From Escherichia phage pEC-M2929-1AR.1, in sequence record OP177727.1: a DNA stretch of 64,000 nt. One strand, given 5' to 3'. Shown in pieces: positions 54,711 to 62,646 of the stretch. The notes under the pieces are model-generated. The model saw only the letters and a program-made list of their open reading frames with translations, was not told the DNA's origin and did not search any database. A program made the translations under genes and the position numbers. The first letter of the stretch is position 1; every line of letters starts with the position of its first letter.

Positions 54711-54783
54711 ATACTTTCTATACTATAAAACGCCCTAAAAATCAAGATAATTCTAATTTATTGCGCTTTTAAAAAAGTAGGCT

Positions 54784-54871
54784 CAACAAATAGCAATAGT
54801 TAGGGCAACAAATAACAACAAATAGGCTATAACTATACTCAACAAATAGGGAGGTACATTGCAACAAATAG
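54784..54871 (+). repeat. iteron-like direct repeats, five copies of CAACAAATAG/A
   Basis: Copies at 54784, 54807, 54817, 54840, 54862; spacings 23, 10, 23, 22 bp. Confidence 0.7.
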
Positions 54872-54942
54872 GGATAGTATTGTGGCAATAGTATGAAAAA
54901 CCATCTATTCATATATAAATAATTTTGCGCAATAATGGTAAT

Positions 54943-55000
54943 ATTTTTCTTGACAAGAAAGATTTCTTTGTGTTCACATAGCGCCCCCTGGAAGGTGGCG
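54943..55000 (+). promoter_or_regulatory. plus-strand promoter-like element (TTGACA) followed by GC hairpin, pointing into the non-coding region
   Basis: TTGACA at 54943-54948, then TCACATAG and hairpin GCGCC-N11-GGCGC; same architecture as the minus-strand early modules but opposite orientation and no obvious downstream gene. Confidence 0.3.
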
Positions 55001-55299
55001 CATTATGATCATCAGGGTCATTATTCACTATGTTTATTATTGGATAGCTTATATTATAGCCAATGTTCCAAACATTAGCTAATAATAACGCACCGCAACA
55101 ATGTAAGGGAATACAATATACCATGTATATTGTTGCGCTTGCAGTTGTTGCAAGCTACATAAGCACAAATAATAACTATCGGTGATGGTTATTATGTGAG
55201 GTGTGTAGTTGCGTTATTATTAGCCGCCTATGTGTCCGGCATAGGCTGCTAATGATACGTTTGCGAATTATATTTCTTGTTATAGTTATTGTATGAAAT

Positions 55300-55620
55300 G
55301 ATTACGGTATGAAATGATTATTTAGGTAATAGATAGTAAGGTAAAGATTAGATCATAAATAGATAGGATATTAATTATTTAGTAATGTTACTAACGATTT
55401 AATAGTTACTTTGTGCAATAATTTAATAGATTATAGTTATAGTTTTAAAGGTTAGATAGATTATATTTAGCTTAGTAATGATTTATATTAGTTATTGTTG
55501 TTTAATATAAGGTTATCAATGAGATAGTAACAGTAAGTTATAAATAAAAGTAAGATAATTAGTTTTAATTTAGTTAGATAACTTATTATTTTATAGGTTA
55601 GATGGTCTTAAGTTAAGAAT
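55300..55620 (+). repeat. cytosine-depleted, AT-rich low-complexity tract (TAGATA/TTAGTA-rich)
   Basis: Plus strand almost devoid of C over about 320 bp; strong strand asymmetry. Confidence 0.6.
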
Positions 55621-55643
55621 GATTATCATTATTGCATTATTCA
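55618..55643. promoter_or_regulatory. Fur-box-like palindrome (GAATGATTATCATTATTGCATTATTC)
   Basis: Core AATGATTATCATTATT close to the Fur consensus core; a weaker copy lies at about 55675-55692. Confidence 0.4.
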
Positions 55644-55893
55644 GTTTATTGCATAAATAATCAGCTATAAATGAGAATGATTATTATTTAAGAGGAAAGA
55701 TAAGAAAAAGGCTGTTTTTGCCAGATAGTTACATGGAGAAATTAAAAATAAGCGGTCTAAAACACGTTGTAAGCGCCTTATGATCTTCATGGTATGGTTA
55801 TTCATCTGCTCCTTGATTAGCTCGATACCGCGATCTATTCACTTTTTTCGGTGAACGTTTTTGATAGGTAAAAGCTATCATCTTTATTGAGGT

Positions 55894-55923
55894 AAAAAGA
55901 AAGGGCGCTTATTGCGCCCTTGT
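55894..55923 (-). terminator. intrinsic terminator for minus-strand gene 55936-56319
   Basis: Minus strand GGGCGCAATAAGCGCCC followed by TTTCTTTTT. Confidence 0.65.
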
Positions 55924-55935
55924 ATGGAATGTTAT

Positions 55936-56319
55936 TTACTGATAAGCTGGATCGTTTGTTATATCAATCCAATGAGTTAAATTAATTTTATTTTTTGCTT
56001 TCATTTTCTCGATCAACCGTTCGGCTAATGTTTCGGAACGAATATAAACATAATCGCTAAAATCTTGCCCCGTTTCTTCGTCGATCATTTCGCGATATTC
56101 AATTTTCCCGATAAACGCGTGATTCAGCGCATAAGTTTTACCCGTGTACCAGTTATGTAAATGGATCTCGCATTTATAATCGTCGCTATAACCTTCGGTT
56201 GTTCTAACTTCAACCAGATCGCCTTTAAACACTGATAAGCACCACATAGGATCACGATCTACAGCGCCGTTAAAGTCTTTACCGTTTACAGTAGCCGCCA
56301 GGTTGATGATATTGCTCAT
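55936..56319 (-). CDS. hypothetical protein
   Basis: Track ORF 55936-56394 trimmed to ATG at 56319 after AAACGAGGAATCACC; the upstream track portion overlaps the promoter. Confidence 0.5.
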   Translation of the reverse strand: MSNIINLAATVNGKDFNGAVDRDPMWCLSVFKGDLVEVRTTEGYSDDYKCEIHLHNWYTGKTYALNHAFIGKIEYREMIDEETGQDFSDYVYIRSETLAERLIEKMKAKNKINLTHWIDITNDPAYQ

Positions 56320-56342
56320 GGTGATTCCTCGTTTACCGTTTA

Positions 56343-56410
56343 AAATGATTTGCCCTACGTGATACATCTTATTATAAGGGCGATCCGGTGTCAATAGGTA
56401 GAATTGTAAA
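56343..56410 (-). promoter_or_regulatory. early promoter module, hairpin-less variant (TTGACA-N17-TAAGAT, then GTATCACGTAGGGC)
   Basis: Minus-strand TTGACA at 56404-56409, conserved initial transcribed motif TATCACGTAGGGC. Confidence 0.5.
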
Positions 56411-56740
56411 GATTTGATAGTTTATTCCTTTGATGTTTTGTTGTTTGATAGTTATTAGCTATCAATATATAGCGGGGTCGTCCGGTGATTATCTTCCCCT
56501 GTCCCCCAGGTGCCGCCCGTTCCATAATAATAATCAAAAGCAGAATAAAAGGCAAGATAAAAAGCAAATTATTTCCTATGTGCTTTAAACGCTCTAAACA
56601 GCTTTATAACAGCTTTTTCATCCTGGCAAGGTGATTAGTCATTATTACCTTGTTTAAGCGGTTATAATCGGTTTTAGGCTGTTTTACGCCACCTTTACGC
56701 CTATTCTTTACGTGTTGTTTCCATCGTGAAAAAAGAATAC

Positions 56741-56772
56741 AAAAAAGGGCGCTTAGTGCGCCCCTTTCTTTT
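56741..56772. terminator. bidirectional intrinsic terminator (AAAAAAGGGCGCTTAGTGCGCCCCTTTCTTTT)
   Basis: GC stem flanked by A-run and T-run, downstream of 56781 gene on minus strand. Confidence 0.7.
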
Positions 56773-56780
56773 ACCGTGTA

Positions 56781-57170
56781 TTAATATTCGTTATAATACA
56801 TCGCTAACTTTTCATCAAAAGCCGATTGACGATCAGCATACTCCCAAAACATTTCCTGATCCTGTTGTTCGTCATCGTCCATCATATTAAATTGCGCAAC
56901 CTCCTGGTAAGTGATCGCCATATTATAACGATAGGTGATCTCTTCTGCGATGTTTTCCGGTAAAAATGATTCTACACTGTCTAACAGCATATGTAACATC
57001 ATTTCAGCCGCTTTTTCATCATTGTCAAAGCAGTAAGCAGACCATGCCGCATGATGTTTATTTTTCATCTTTGCAATCAAGCCATTGACTAAAAAAGGCG
57101 CTACGTTGTTAACGATACCCTGTAAAGATTGGAATTTTTCAACGTTAGAAACAGAAACCAGGTTGCGCAT
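56781..57170 (-). CDS. hypothetical acidic protein
   Basis: Track ORF 56781-57206 trimmed to ATG at 57170 (AAAGGTAAATACT upstream); the track start lies inside the promoter hairpin. Confidence 0.5.
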   Translation of the reverse strand: MRNLVSVSNVEKFQSLQGIVNNVAPFLVNGLIAKMKNKHHAAWSAYCFDNDEKAAEMMLHMLLDSVESFLPENIAEEITYRYNMAITYQEVAQFNMMDDDEQQDQEMFWEYADRQSAFDEKLAMYYNEY

Positions 57171-57193
57171 AGTATTTACCTTTTTGATTACCT

Positions 57194-57251
57194 GGCGGGA
57201 AACCATTTCCCGCCTACGTGGTAAATAATACCATATTGGGGATCGGTGTCA
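57194..57251 (-). promoter_or_regulatory. early promoter plus hairpin module (TTGACA-N16-TATTAT, hairpin GGCGGGAAATGGTTTCCCGCC)
   Basis: Minus-strand -35 TTGACA (57246-57251), -10 TATTAT, conserved TTACCACGTAG, perfect 9-bp-stem palindrome 57194-57214 just before the RBS. Confidence 0.6.
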
Positions 57252-57258
57252 ATACTTT

Positions 57259-57645
57259 TTATTCAATATAAATCAAATTATCTTCACCAATGTAAGCCGA
57301 CACGTCCGGCATGACCTCGGCGGCACTGGTTAGGCGGTTCGCCGTGTTAGGGGTATATATTTCAGGGCGATCCCAAAAACCAACGCCGTGACCGTTACGG
57401 GTAAAATGTAAATCATTCCCGATCTGGTTTGCTGTTGCGCCGTCGCTCATTGCCTCAGAGATAGCCGCATCATTGGCATCACAATAAGCCGCTACGTCAT
57501 GAATGATCCGCTGATGGGCTTGATCTGAAAAATCATAATCGCCTAGATTCTCAATATATTCCCCATTGTGATCCGTCGCTGGTTCGGCAAAAATAAAGGC
57601 TTCTTTATAGCCGTTGATGATTTCAATAATGATTTCTGTTTTCAT
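57259..57645 (-). CDS. hypothetical protein (128 aa)
   Basis: ORF track; noticeably GC-richer coding sequence than most of window. Confidence 0.5.
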   Translation of the reverse strand: MKTEIIIEIINGYKEAFIFAEPATDHNGEYIENLGDYDFSDQAHQRIIHDVAAYCDANDAAISEAMSDGATANQIGNDLHFTRNGHGVGFWDRPEIYTPNTANRLTSAAEVMPDVSAYIGEDNLIYIE

Positions 57646-57875
57646 GCTGTACGCTCAACAATGATAATGGTTTGCGGGATCTCGTTTTCTGCAACTATCA
57701 AGGCTTTTTTCTGTGTGATAGATATTTTAACACGTTGTAAAGTAGCGGTGAAATCTTTCATTTCGTCACGTGGTGTTTTAGTGCAATACCAGATCTCAGG
57801 CTTGCCGATCTGCAAGTTACGTAAAAATTCCGTTTTACCTGTTTTGTTCGTGATCATTTGTTTCACCTTATCCAA
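57642..57875 (-). CDS. hypothetical protein (77 aa)
   Basis: ORF track; ATGA overlap with downstream gene. Confidence 0.45.
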   Translation of the reverse strand: MDKVKQMITNKTGKTEFLRNLQIGKPEIWYCTKTPRDEMKDFTATLQRVKISITQKKALIVAENEIPQTIIIVERTA

Positions 57876-57989
57876 TACCGTGGGAAGATAGAATCATGTT
57901 AGCCATAGTTGCAATCACTCCAACCGATAACGCCAGGCCCACTATTACAACCGTGAAAATTTTCTCTAACATGATGCTACCCTCATTAG

Positions 57990-58052
57990 TGGGCGTTGCC
58001 TTATTGCCCCCGCCCTATGTGATACATATTATCAGCTTATTAGCCGTTGTCA
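57990..58052 (-). promoter_or_regulatory. early promoter plus hairpin module (variant hairpin GGGCGGGGGCAATAAGGCAACGCCC)
   Basis: Minus-strand TTGACA (58047-58052), -10 TAATAT, GTATCACATAG, GC hairpin, then a short hydrophobic ORF. Confidence 0.5.
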
Positions 58053-58177
58053 ATTACTTTTTTAAACTTCTTTCAAAGAGAAGATCATCGATCTCAGAAA
58101 CAATAAGCGTTATCAAAGGAATAATAACCGCCGCGCACATCATGGTAAGAATAATCATTTTAGTTCTCTCTATTCTG

Positions 58178-58236
58178 GCGGGAAACCATTTCCCGCCCTA
58201 CGTGGTACACTTTACCAGATAACCGCATATTGTCAA
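58178..58236 (-). promoter_or_regulatory. early promoter plus hairpin module (TTGACA-N16-TAAAGT, hairpin GGCGGGAAATGGTTTCCCGCC)
   Basis: Minus-strand TTGACA (58231-58236), TAAAGT, GTACCACGTAG, identical hairpin to other modules. Confidence 0.6.
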
Positions 58237-58237
58237 A

Positions 58238-58432
58238 CTATTTTTTACAAGGGATCAGTAAACTTCTCGCTACTGCTTCACGAAAACCTTTACTTTTTAT
58301 TAGATCTATTGTTGCAGGGTGACAAGTAAAAGCCTTTGACCATTTTTGATCACCTGGTTTACGGGCGAAAATGTATACTTCCCCGTCAATTTCATCCCAA
58401 CGAGTATTGCTTGTTAGTTTTTTAAGCGCCAT
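58238..58432 (-). CDS. hypothetical protein
   Basis: Track ORF 58238-58480 trimmed to ATG at 58432 after AAAAGAGAAATCATC; the track N-terminus overlaps the promoter hairpin. Confidence 0.5.
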   Translation of the reverse strand: MALKKLTSNTRWDEIDGEVYIFARKPGDQKWSKAFTCHPATIDLIKSKGFREAVARSLLIPCKK

Positions 58433-58453
58433 GATGATTTCTCTTTTAGTTGT

Positions 58454-58511
58454 GAGCGGCACTATTGCCGCCCTACGCAATACATTCTACCCTATTTATA
58501 ATTATTGTCAA
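58454..58511 (-). promoter_or_regulatory. early promoter plus hairpin module (TTGACA-N17-TAGAAT, hairpin GCGGCAATAGTGCCGC)
   Basis: Minus-strand TTGACA (58506-58511), TAGAAT, GTATTGCGTAG, hairpin variant shared with the 62262 module. Confidence 0.55.
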
Positions 58512-58512
58512 A

Positions 58513-58782
58513 CTATTTTTTCAAGCTCGACCAGTCAAAACACGGCGGGATCTCGTTAAAACTTGTGCCCTGTAAAGCACATAATTTTTTAGCAATAGCC
58601 GCCGTGACCTGGCGCTGTACGCGCGGATCTGCTACTGATTGGAGAAAGTAGGCGGCTTTATATGTGATCATGCTTTCGCCTGTTTCCTTGCTAACATGAT
58701 GCACTATTTTAGCCTTATCATCTTTTACCAGGGTGTAACCGGATTCGATGGCCTTGATTGCAACGTCCAATGATATTTTCAT
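58513..58782 (-). CDS. hypothetical protein (89 aa)
   Basis: ORF track. Confidence 0.5.
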   Translation of the reverse strand: MKISLDVAIKAIESGYTLVKDDKAKIVHHVSKETGESMITYKAAYFLQSVADPRVQRQVTAAIAKKLCALQGTSFNEIPPCFDWSSLKK

Positions 58783-58801
58783 GATTTATCTCTTTATTGA
58801 T

Positions 58802-58822
58802 GGCGGGGAATACTCCCCCGCC
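58802..58822 (-). promoter_or_regulatory. stand-alone intergenic hairpin (GGCGGGGGAGTATTCCCCGCC) without an adjacent promoter
   Basis: Perfect palindrome between the stop of the 58829-58999 gene and the RBS of 58513-58782; upstream sequence is coding, no TTGACA. Confidence 0.5.
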
Positions 58823-58828
58823 TTATTA

Positions 58829-58999
58829 ATTACTCTTCATCGTCGCCGTTGTAGTATTCAATGCCGTTTTCATCGGTTACGGTAATATTAACGCCACCGA
58901 TAGCAACACGATCACGGGCAAATGTCATGGCTTCATTTAAATCTTCAGACCAAAAAATATTGTGACCTTTGCGCGATACGTAAAACATAGTTGGGATCA
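58829..58999 (-). CDS. small hypothetical protein (about 56 aa)
   Basis: Hand-translated MIPTMFYVSRKGHNIFWSEDLNEAMTFARDRVAIGGVNITVTDENGIEYYNGDDEE; below track cutoff. Confidence 0.4.
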
Positions 59000-59021
59000 T
59001 GATTTGTTTCTCTTCTGCTGT

Positions 59022-59083
59022 GAGCGGGAAACCATTTCCCGCCCTATGTGATAAACTTTACTACGTTGTTTGCCTACTGTCAA
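59022..59083 (-). promoter_or_regulatory. early promoter plus hairpin module (TTGACA-N17-TAAAGT, hairpin GGGCGGGAAATGGTTTCCCGC)
   Basis: Minus-strand TTGACA (59078-59083), TAAAGT, TTATCACATAG, hairpin. Confidence 0.6.
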
Positions 59084-59084
59084 A

Positions 59085-59369
59085 TTATTTTTTAATGTTT
59101 TGCCCTACAAAATTGATCACTTCCTTAAGCTGTTTCTCAGTCATGATCGTGCCTGGTAATTCTTGTTTTATTTCTTCCGGCAAATAGATATTACCGCGCC
59201 AGGTTAATAAACAACCGTTTTGATCTTCGCAGATAGAATAAGAGAAGATCCACTCATTATCATTCTCAAGCTCCCAAAAGCACAAAAAATCTTCTTTCCC
59301 TAAGTTTTCAACGGTTAAGCATAAGCCGCGACGTGCTGCATAGTTGGAAAGTGCTTTTGTGATCTTCAT
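59085..59369 (-). CDS. hypothetical protein (94 aa)
   Basis: ORF track. Confidence 0.5.
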   Translation of the reverse strand: MKITKALSNYAARRGLCLTVENLGKEDFLCFWELENDNEWIFSYSICEDQNGCLLTWRGNIYLPEEIKQELPGTIMTEKQLKEVINFVGQNIKK

Positions 59370-59388
59370 ATCTTATCTCTTCTGTTAA

Positions 59389-59451
59389 GGCGGGGAAACC
59401 ATTTCCCCGCTCTATGAGATACAATATATTACTTATCAGGTGTGCTGTCAA
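59389..59451 (-). promoter_or_regulatory. early promoter plus hairpin module (hairpin GCGGGGAAATGGTTTCCCCGCC)
   Basis: Minus-strand TTGACA (59446-59451), conserved CATAGAG motif, hairpin variant with one extra G-C pair. Confidence 0.55.
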
Positions 59452-59775
59452 TCAATAATCTTTAATATTTTCTACATTTACAAAAGTGAGTTTATTTTCT
59501 AAGTTTTCGCCGTACCATTGCCCCATGTTGATTTCTGCGGTGCGCAACCAGGACATGCCGCGTTCTATCTTTTTGCTTGCAATGTCGATCCGGCTTTTAC
59601 ATAGTGCTTTAGCTTGCAATGTAAAAACACTATTGCCCTGTAATGCTTCCAGGTCATCATGTGCAAGGCGATACTCTTTAAAGCCTGATTCTATCATTTC
59701 AATCGCATCAAGTAAACGCGCACGATGATAGAAAAAATCAGAGTTATCCAAATAAACACCGATCACAGATTTCAT
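59452..59775 (-). CDS. hypothetical protein
   Basis: Track ORF 59452-59835 trimmed to ATG at 59775 after AAAAGGGTAAAATT; promoter TTGACA-N16-TAAAAT at about 59825-59857. Confidence 0.5.
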   Translation of the reverse strand: MKSVIGVYLDNSDFFYHRARLLDAIEMIESGFKEYRLAHDDLEALQGNSVFTLQAKALCKSRIDIASKKIERGMSWLRTAEINMGQWYGENLENKLTFVNVENIKDY

Positions 59776-60104
59776 AATTTTACCCTTTTGTTTGCGGCCT
59801 TTGCCGTTTTCAAGATATATTTTAAAGCATAACAAAAAATTGTCAAGCCTTTAAAGCGTACAACTATAAAACCTATTAAAACACAGTGTATAATAACATG
59901 GCTATAGTGGCAATACAACATAAAGCCATGCTTGTTTTCCTTCCTTCCTCATATGCTGGATTTATTACGCTATACTGTACGGGAATAATTTTCATGCTGT
60001 TTCCTTAATGTTTTAAAACGTGGTTTACAATAGAAACAAGCATACAGAAGAAAAAAGATCCTGTCAATAAGATCCCGAAAAATAAATGTAAATAGGGCAT
60101 GGTT

Positions 60105-60407
60105 TTACTCCTTAAAAAAATCATTGACAATTAAACTGATAACGCCCAGCACCAGATCACCAGGTAGCGCCGCGCTTTCGTTGTTGCTTGTTTGCACTTC
60201 CTCACTAGTATCAGCATTATAGATCGCATGGTAAGCAATAGTATAATAACCTTTTGTTATTTCTTTAAGATTAATGATTAGCACGTTATTTGTTTCATCT
60301 TGAAATAATTTAGCGGTGATAGTATTGTTTTCTTTTACACTATCGACTTTTATTGATGGATCATTTACACCAGAAAAAAGAAAAAACGTTTTAGCTATGC
60401 CGTTCAT
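60105..60407 (-). CDS. hypothetical protein (100 aa)
   Basis: ORF track; AAAGGAGAACCAC RBS; own TTGACA-N17-TAAGAT promoter at about 60425-60458. Confidence 0.55.
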   Translation of the reverse strand: MNGIAKTFFLFSGVNDPSIKVDSVKENNTITAKLFQDETNNVLIINLKEITKGYYTIAYHAIYNADTSEEVQTSNNESAALPGDLVLGVISLIVNDFFKE

Positions 60408-60454
60408 GTGGTTCTCCTTTGTTGTGTGTATCTTATAACGTGCTTTCTATATTG

Positions 60455-60856
60455 TCAATCTTTTATCTCGGTACATTTTGCTAGGGTATACGTTGCAAGT
60501 GCTGACACTAGTTTTTCATTGCTACGATCTGCGGCGGTGCTGTGTACCTTTTGAATACTTTTTAACCACGGTGTAAAATTTTGAGTCGTTAGCACACTGG
60601 TAATAATTTCACATGGTACATCTTCATTTAAGCCATTAACAATAGATTTATCTATTTTTGCCGTTAATTGTGTAACAGCACCATAAGCGATCATGTGTGA
60701 ATCCTCCATGATTTCATCGGGGATCGCGTTATTAATGATCATGACGTTTTCCATTGCATCAACGGCGCTTAATTCTGCTACTGTGGAGGATATCGCCGCG
60801 CTAGATGTTCCAACCATGCCAAAAGAGATTAAACCAGCGATCAATAATTTTTTCAT
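60455..60856 (-). CDS. secreted or periplasmic protein with N-terminal signal peptide
   Basis: Track ORF trimmed to MKKLLIAGLISFGMVGTSSAA start at 60856; signal-peptide-like N-terminus. Confidence 0.5.
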   Translation of the reverse strand: MKKLLIAGLISFGMVGTSSAAISSTVAELSAVDAMENVMIINNAIPDEIMEDSHMIAYGAVTQLTAKIDKSIVNGLNEDVPCEIITSVLTTQNFTPWLKSIQKVHSTAADRSNEKLVSALATYTLAKCTEIKD

Positions 60857-60864
60857 TTCTTGCC

Positions 60865-61107
60865 TCATATATGTTTTATTGAGATTATATTGTCACTATA
60901 TACAACGTTTTTCAACGTGTCAATAAAAATTTTATTGCCTTCAATCCCCAGGATCACGCCGCTAGTTATAAAGCCATATTGATCACGATATCGGGCGCAT
61001 AACCTTTGCCCCTGGGCTAGTGCCTTGCTTATTTCGTCTAATTTCATTTTTAAAGCTCCTGTAAAGCTGTCTAACGTTGATTTATAGGCTTGCCCTGGCG
61101 TTACCAT
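60865..61107 (-). CDS. hypothetical protein (80 aa)
   Basis: ORF track. Confidence 0.45.
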   Translation of the reverse strand: MVTPGQAYKSTLDSFTGALKMKLDEISKALAQGQRLCARYRDQYGFITSGVILGIEGNKIFIDTLKNVVYSDNIISIKHI

Positions 61108-61137
61108 TGCCTATGGGTAACAAGCCTCTATATAAGC

Positions 61138-61166
61138 TAAAAGGGCGCTTATTGCGCCCTTTTTGT
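61138..61166. terminator. bidirectional intrinsic terminator (AAAAGGGCGCTTATTGCGCCCTTTTTG)
   Basis: GC stem flanked by A-run and T-run, immediately after stop of small basic gene. Confidence 0.7.
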
Positions 61167-61303
61167 TATTCGTTCCAGTGTCTTTTTGTGCTGCGATCTC
61201 TCTTTGTTTTGTTCCGCTTGTCGCCTTTCTTGGTGATCTCTTCGTTCCAATCTTTACGCGCTTTGTTGCGGTTGAATTTTTCGATCTGCTGTGATGCGTT
61301 CAT
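61166..61303 (-). CDS. small highly basic protein (45 aa)
   Basis: Hand-translated MNASQQIEKFNRNKARKDWNEEITKKGDKRNKTKRDRSTKRHWNE; AAGAGGAAAAAC RBS; terminator directly downstream; below track cutoff. Confidence 0.5.
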   Translation of the reverse strand: MNASQQIEKFNRNKARKDWNEEITKKGDKRNKTKRDRSTKRHWNE

Positions 61304-61317
61304 GTTTTTCCTCTTAA

Positions 61318-61677
61318 TTACGCTACGTTATGATATTTTGCCAAAGTTACGATCATGCTTGCAATATATAACCAATAATTTTCCCGCTCACGGGTAACGG
61401 TTGTTTCTTTGCTTGTTTCTTTTATGTACTTCCATTCAATTAATAATTGATCGATCTCGTTATAATTAAAAGCGATATTGATATCTGACGGTAAACCTTG
61501 TAACCAGCTTTTGACACCTTGTACCATGTTGTTATTATAACGATCACGATTAGATTGATACCAGTATTCAGAATTAAAACGGCGCATCAGTTCGGTGATT
61601 TTTTCTTTTTCGGTTGTAGTACCATCAAAAGAAATAGCCGACAAAATGTAAGTTTTAATTGCTTTTGCTGATTTCAT
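61318..61677 (-). CDS. hypothetical protein (119 aa)
   Basis: ORF track; AAAGAGATAAGATT upstream of ATG. Confidence 0.55.
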   Translation of the reverse strand: MKSAKAIKTYILSAISFDGTTTEKEKITELMRRFNSEYWYQSNRDRYNNNMVQGVKSWLQGLPSDINIAFNYNEIDQLLIEWKYIKETSKETTVTRERENYWLYIASMIVTLAKYHNVA

Positions 61678-61697
61678 AATCTTATCTCTTTATTGAT

Positions 61698-61756
61698 GGC
61701 GGGAAACCATTTCCCGCCGTTGTTGTTACTTTACTTATAAATGATGCTACTGTCAA
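61698..61756 (-). promoter_or_regulatory. early promoter plus hairpin module (TTGACA-N17-TAAAGT, hairpin GGCGGGAAATGGTTTCCCGCC)
   Basis: Minus-strand TTGACA (61751-61756), TAAAGT, hairpin 61698-61718 directly upstream of the RBS of 61318-61677. Confidence 0.6.
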
Positions 61757-61770
61757 GCGAATATTATTTA

Positions 61771-61935
61771 TTTTTTAACGTTAATGTTCCCAGCTTATCA
61801 GCGTGACGCAGACCAGGAAAGATCCATTTTCCTGATTCATCTTTCACCGGGGCTTTAAGCGTAGCGCCCAGGTTGGCGGCGTTAACTTTACGTGCAACGT
61901 TGCGAGCGGCTTCACGGGTGGCGAAAGTGATCATG
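61771..61935 (-). CDS. small GC-rich hypothetical protein (about 54 aa)
   Basis: Hand-translated MITFATREAARNVARKVNAANLGATLKAPVKDESGKWIFPGLRHADKLGTLTLKNK; AGAGGAAACATC RBS; below track cutoff. Confidence 0.4.
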
Positions 61936-62024
61936 ATGTTTCCTCTTCTCTTTGTTAGGCGGTGGGCTATTCCACCGCCTTAATGAATATAGTTTACTTT
62001 ATTTTACCAGGTTTGCAAGTAGTT

Positions 62025-62240
62025 TTATGAAATAATTGTCAAAGTAAAATCATAATCTTTTGACAATTTATATTGCACCTTGTTACCGTATATGTCACCT
62101 TTACGTAAAGATCCACGGATACCGATAACATCCTTCACGTCTTTTAAATTTTTCACGCCTGTAATGTCTTTGTTGAAATACTCGTCATCTGAAAATAAAA
62201 CTTGACTTGCATTTTTTAACAGTGTGCGGATATTAGCCAT
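62025..62240 (-). CDS. hypothetical protein
   Basis: Track ORF 62025-62288 trimmed to ATG at 62240; the track N-terminus overlaps the promoter hairpin. Confidence 0.5.
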   Translation of the reverse strand: MANIRTLLKNASQVLFSDDEYFNKDITGVKNLKDVKDVIGIRGSLRKGDIYGNKVQYKLSKDYDFTLTIIS

Positions 62241-62261
62241 TTTGATAATCTCTCTCACTAG

Positions 62262-62319
62262 GGGCGGCACTATTGCCGCCCTATGCATTACATTTTACTG
62301 ATTTTAGTTATCTTGTCAA
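62262..62319 (-). promoter_or_regulatory. early promoter plus hairpin module (TTGACA-N17-TAAAAT, hairpin GGCGGCAATAGTGCCGCC)
   Basis: Minus-strand TTGACA (62314-62319), TAAAAT, GTAATGCATAG, hairpin variant. Confidence 0.6.
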
Positions 62320-62327
62320 TATTATTT

Positions 62328-62555
62328 TTAGTTTAATTGATCCAGGCACAACAAGCGATCAACATTTAGATCGGTTAGGCTAATCGTTGGCACCTGGTAG
62401 GATTCGATGTACTCAACGCTCGACCATTGCCCAAAGTTAGCGACCGCCCAGCTATTCAAGGAGGAGTGAAGATCATCCCCTTTCTTCTCGGTGATAACTG
62501 CTACTACCTGGGAGATCCCAACCGTACCGGATACGCGAACAATAACGATAGCCAT
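62328..62555 (-). CDS. hypothetical protein (75 aa)
   Basis: ORF track. Confidence 0.5.
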   Translation of the reverse strand: MAIVIVRVSGTVGISQVVAVITEKKGDDLHSSLNSWAVANFGQWSSVEYIESYQVPTISLTDLNVDRLLCLDQLN

Positions 62556-62578
62556 AATGTTAACCTTTCTTTGATTTG

Positions 62579-62637
62579 GCGGGAAACCATTTCCCGCCCT
62601 ATGTGATACACTTTACCAGATTAAAAAACGTTGTCAA
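62579..62637 (-). promoter_or_regulatory. early promoter plus hairpin module (TTGACA-N16-TAAAGT, hairpin GGCGGGAAATGGTTTCCCGCC)
   Basis: Minus-strand TTGACA (62632-62637), TAAAGT, GTATCACATAG, hairpin 62579-62599. Confidence 0.6.
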
Positions 62638-62646
62638 CTGCTTTTA

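Noticed and set aside
54784-54871. Possible CRISPR array from the CAACAAATAG direct repeats
   Set aside because: Repeats are only 10 bp with irregular spacing and no spacer structure; iteron-like, not CRISPR. No CRISPR array seen anywhere in the window.
54909-55124. Minus-strand track ORF of 71 aa inside the non-coding region
   Set aside because: No RBS, low-complexity composition, and it overlaps the promoter-like and palindromic elements.
57568-58222. Plus-strand track ORFs 57568-57891 and 57896-58222 in the early region
   Set aside because: They are antisense to minus-strand genes and to two promoter-hairpin modules with short hydrophobic minus-strand ORFs.
57194-62599. GGCGGGAAATGGTTTCCCGCC-type hairpins as rho-independent terminators
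   Set aside because: No U-tract follows on either strand, and they sit between a promoter and the RBS; true terminators in this window (GGGCGC-loop-GCGCCC flanked by A/T runs) are a separate class.
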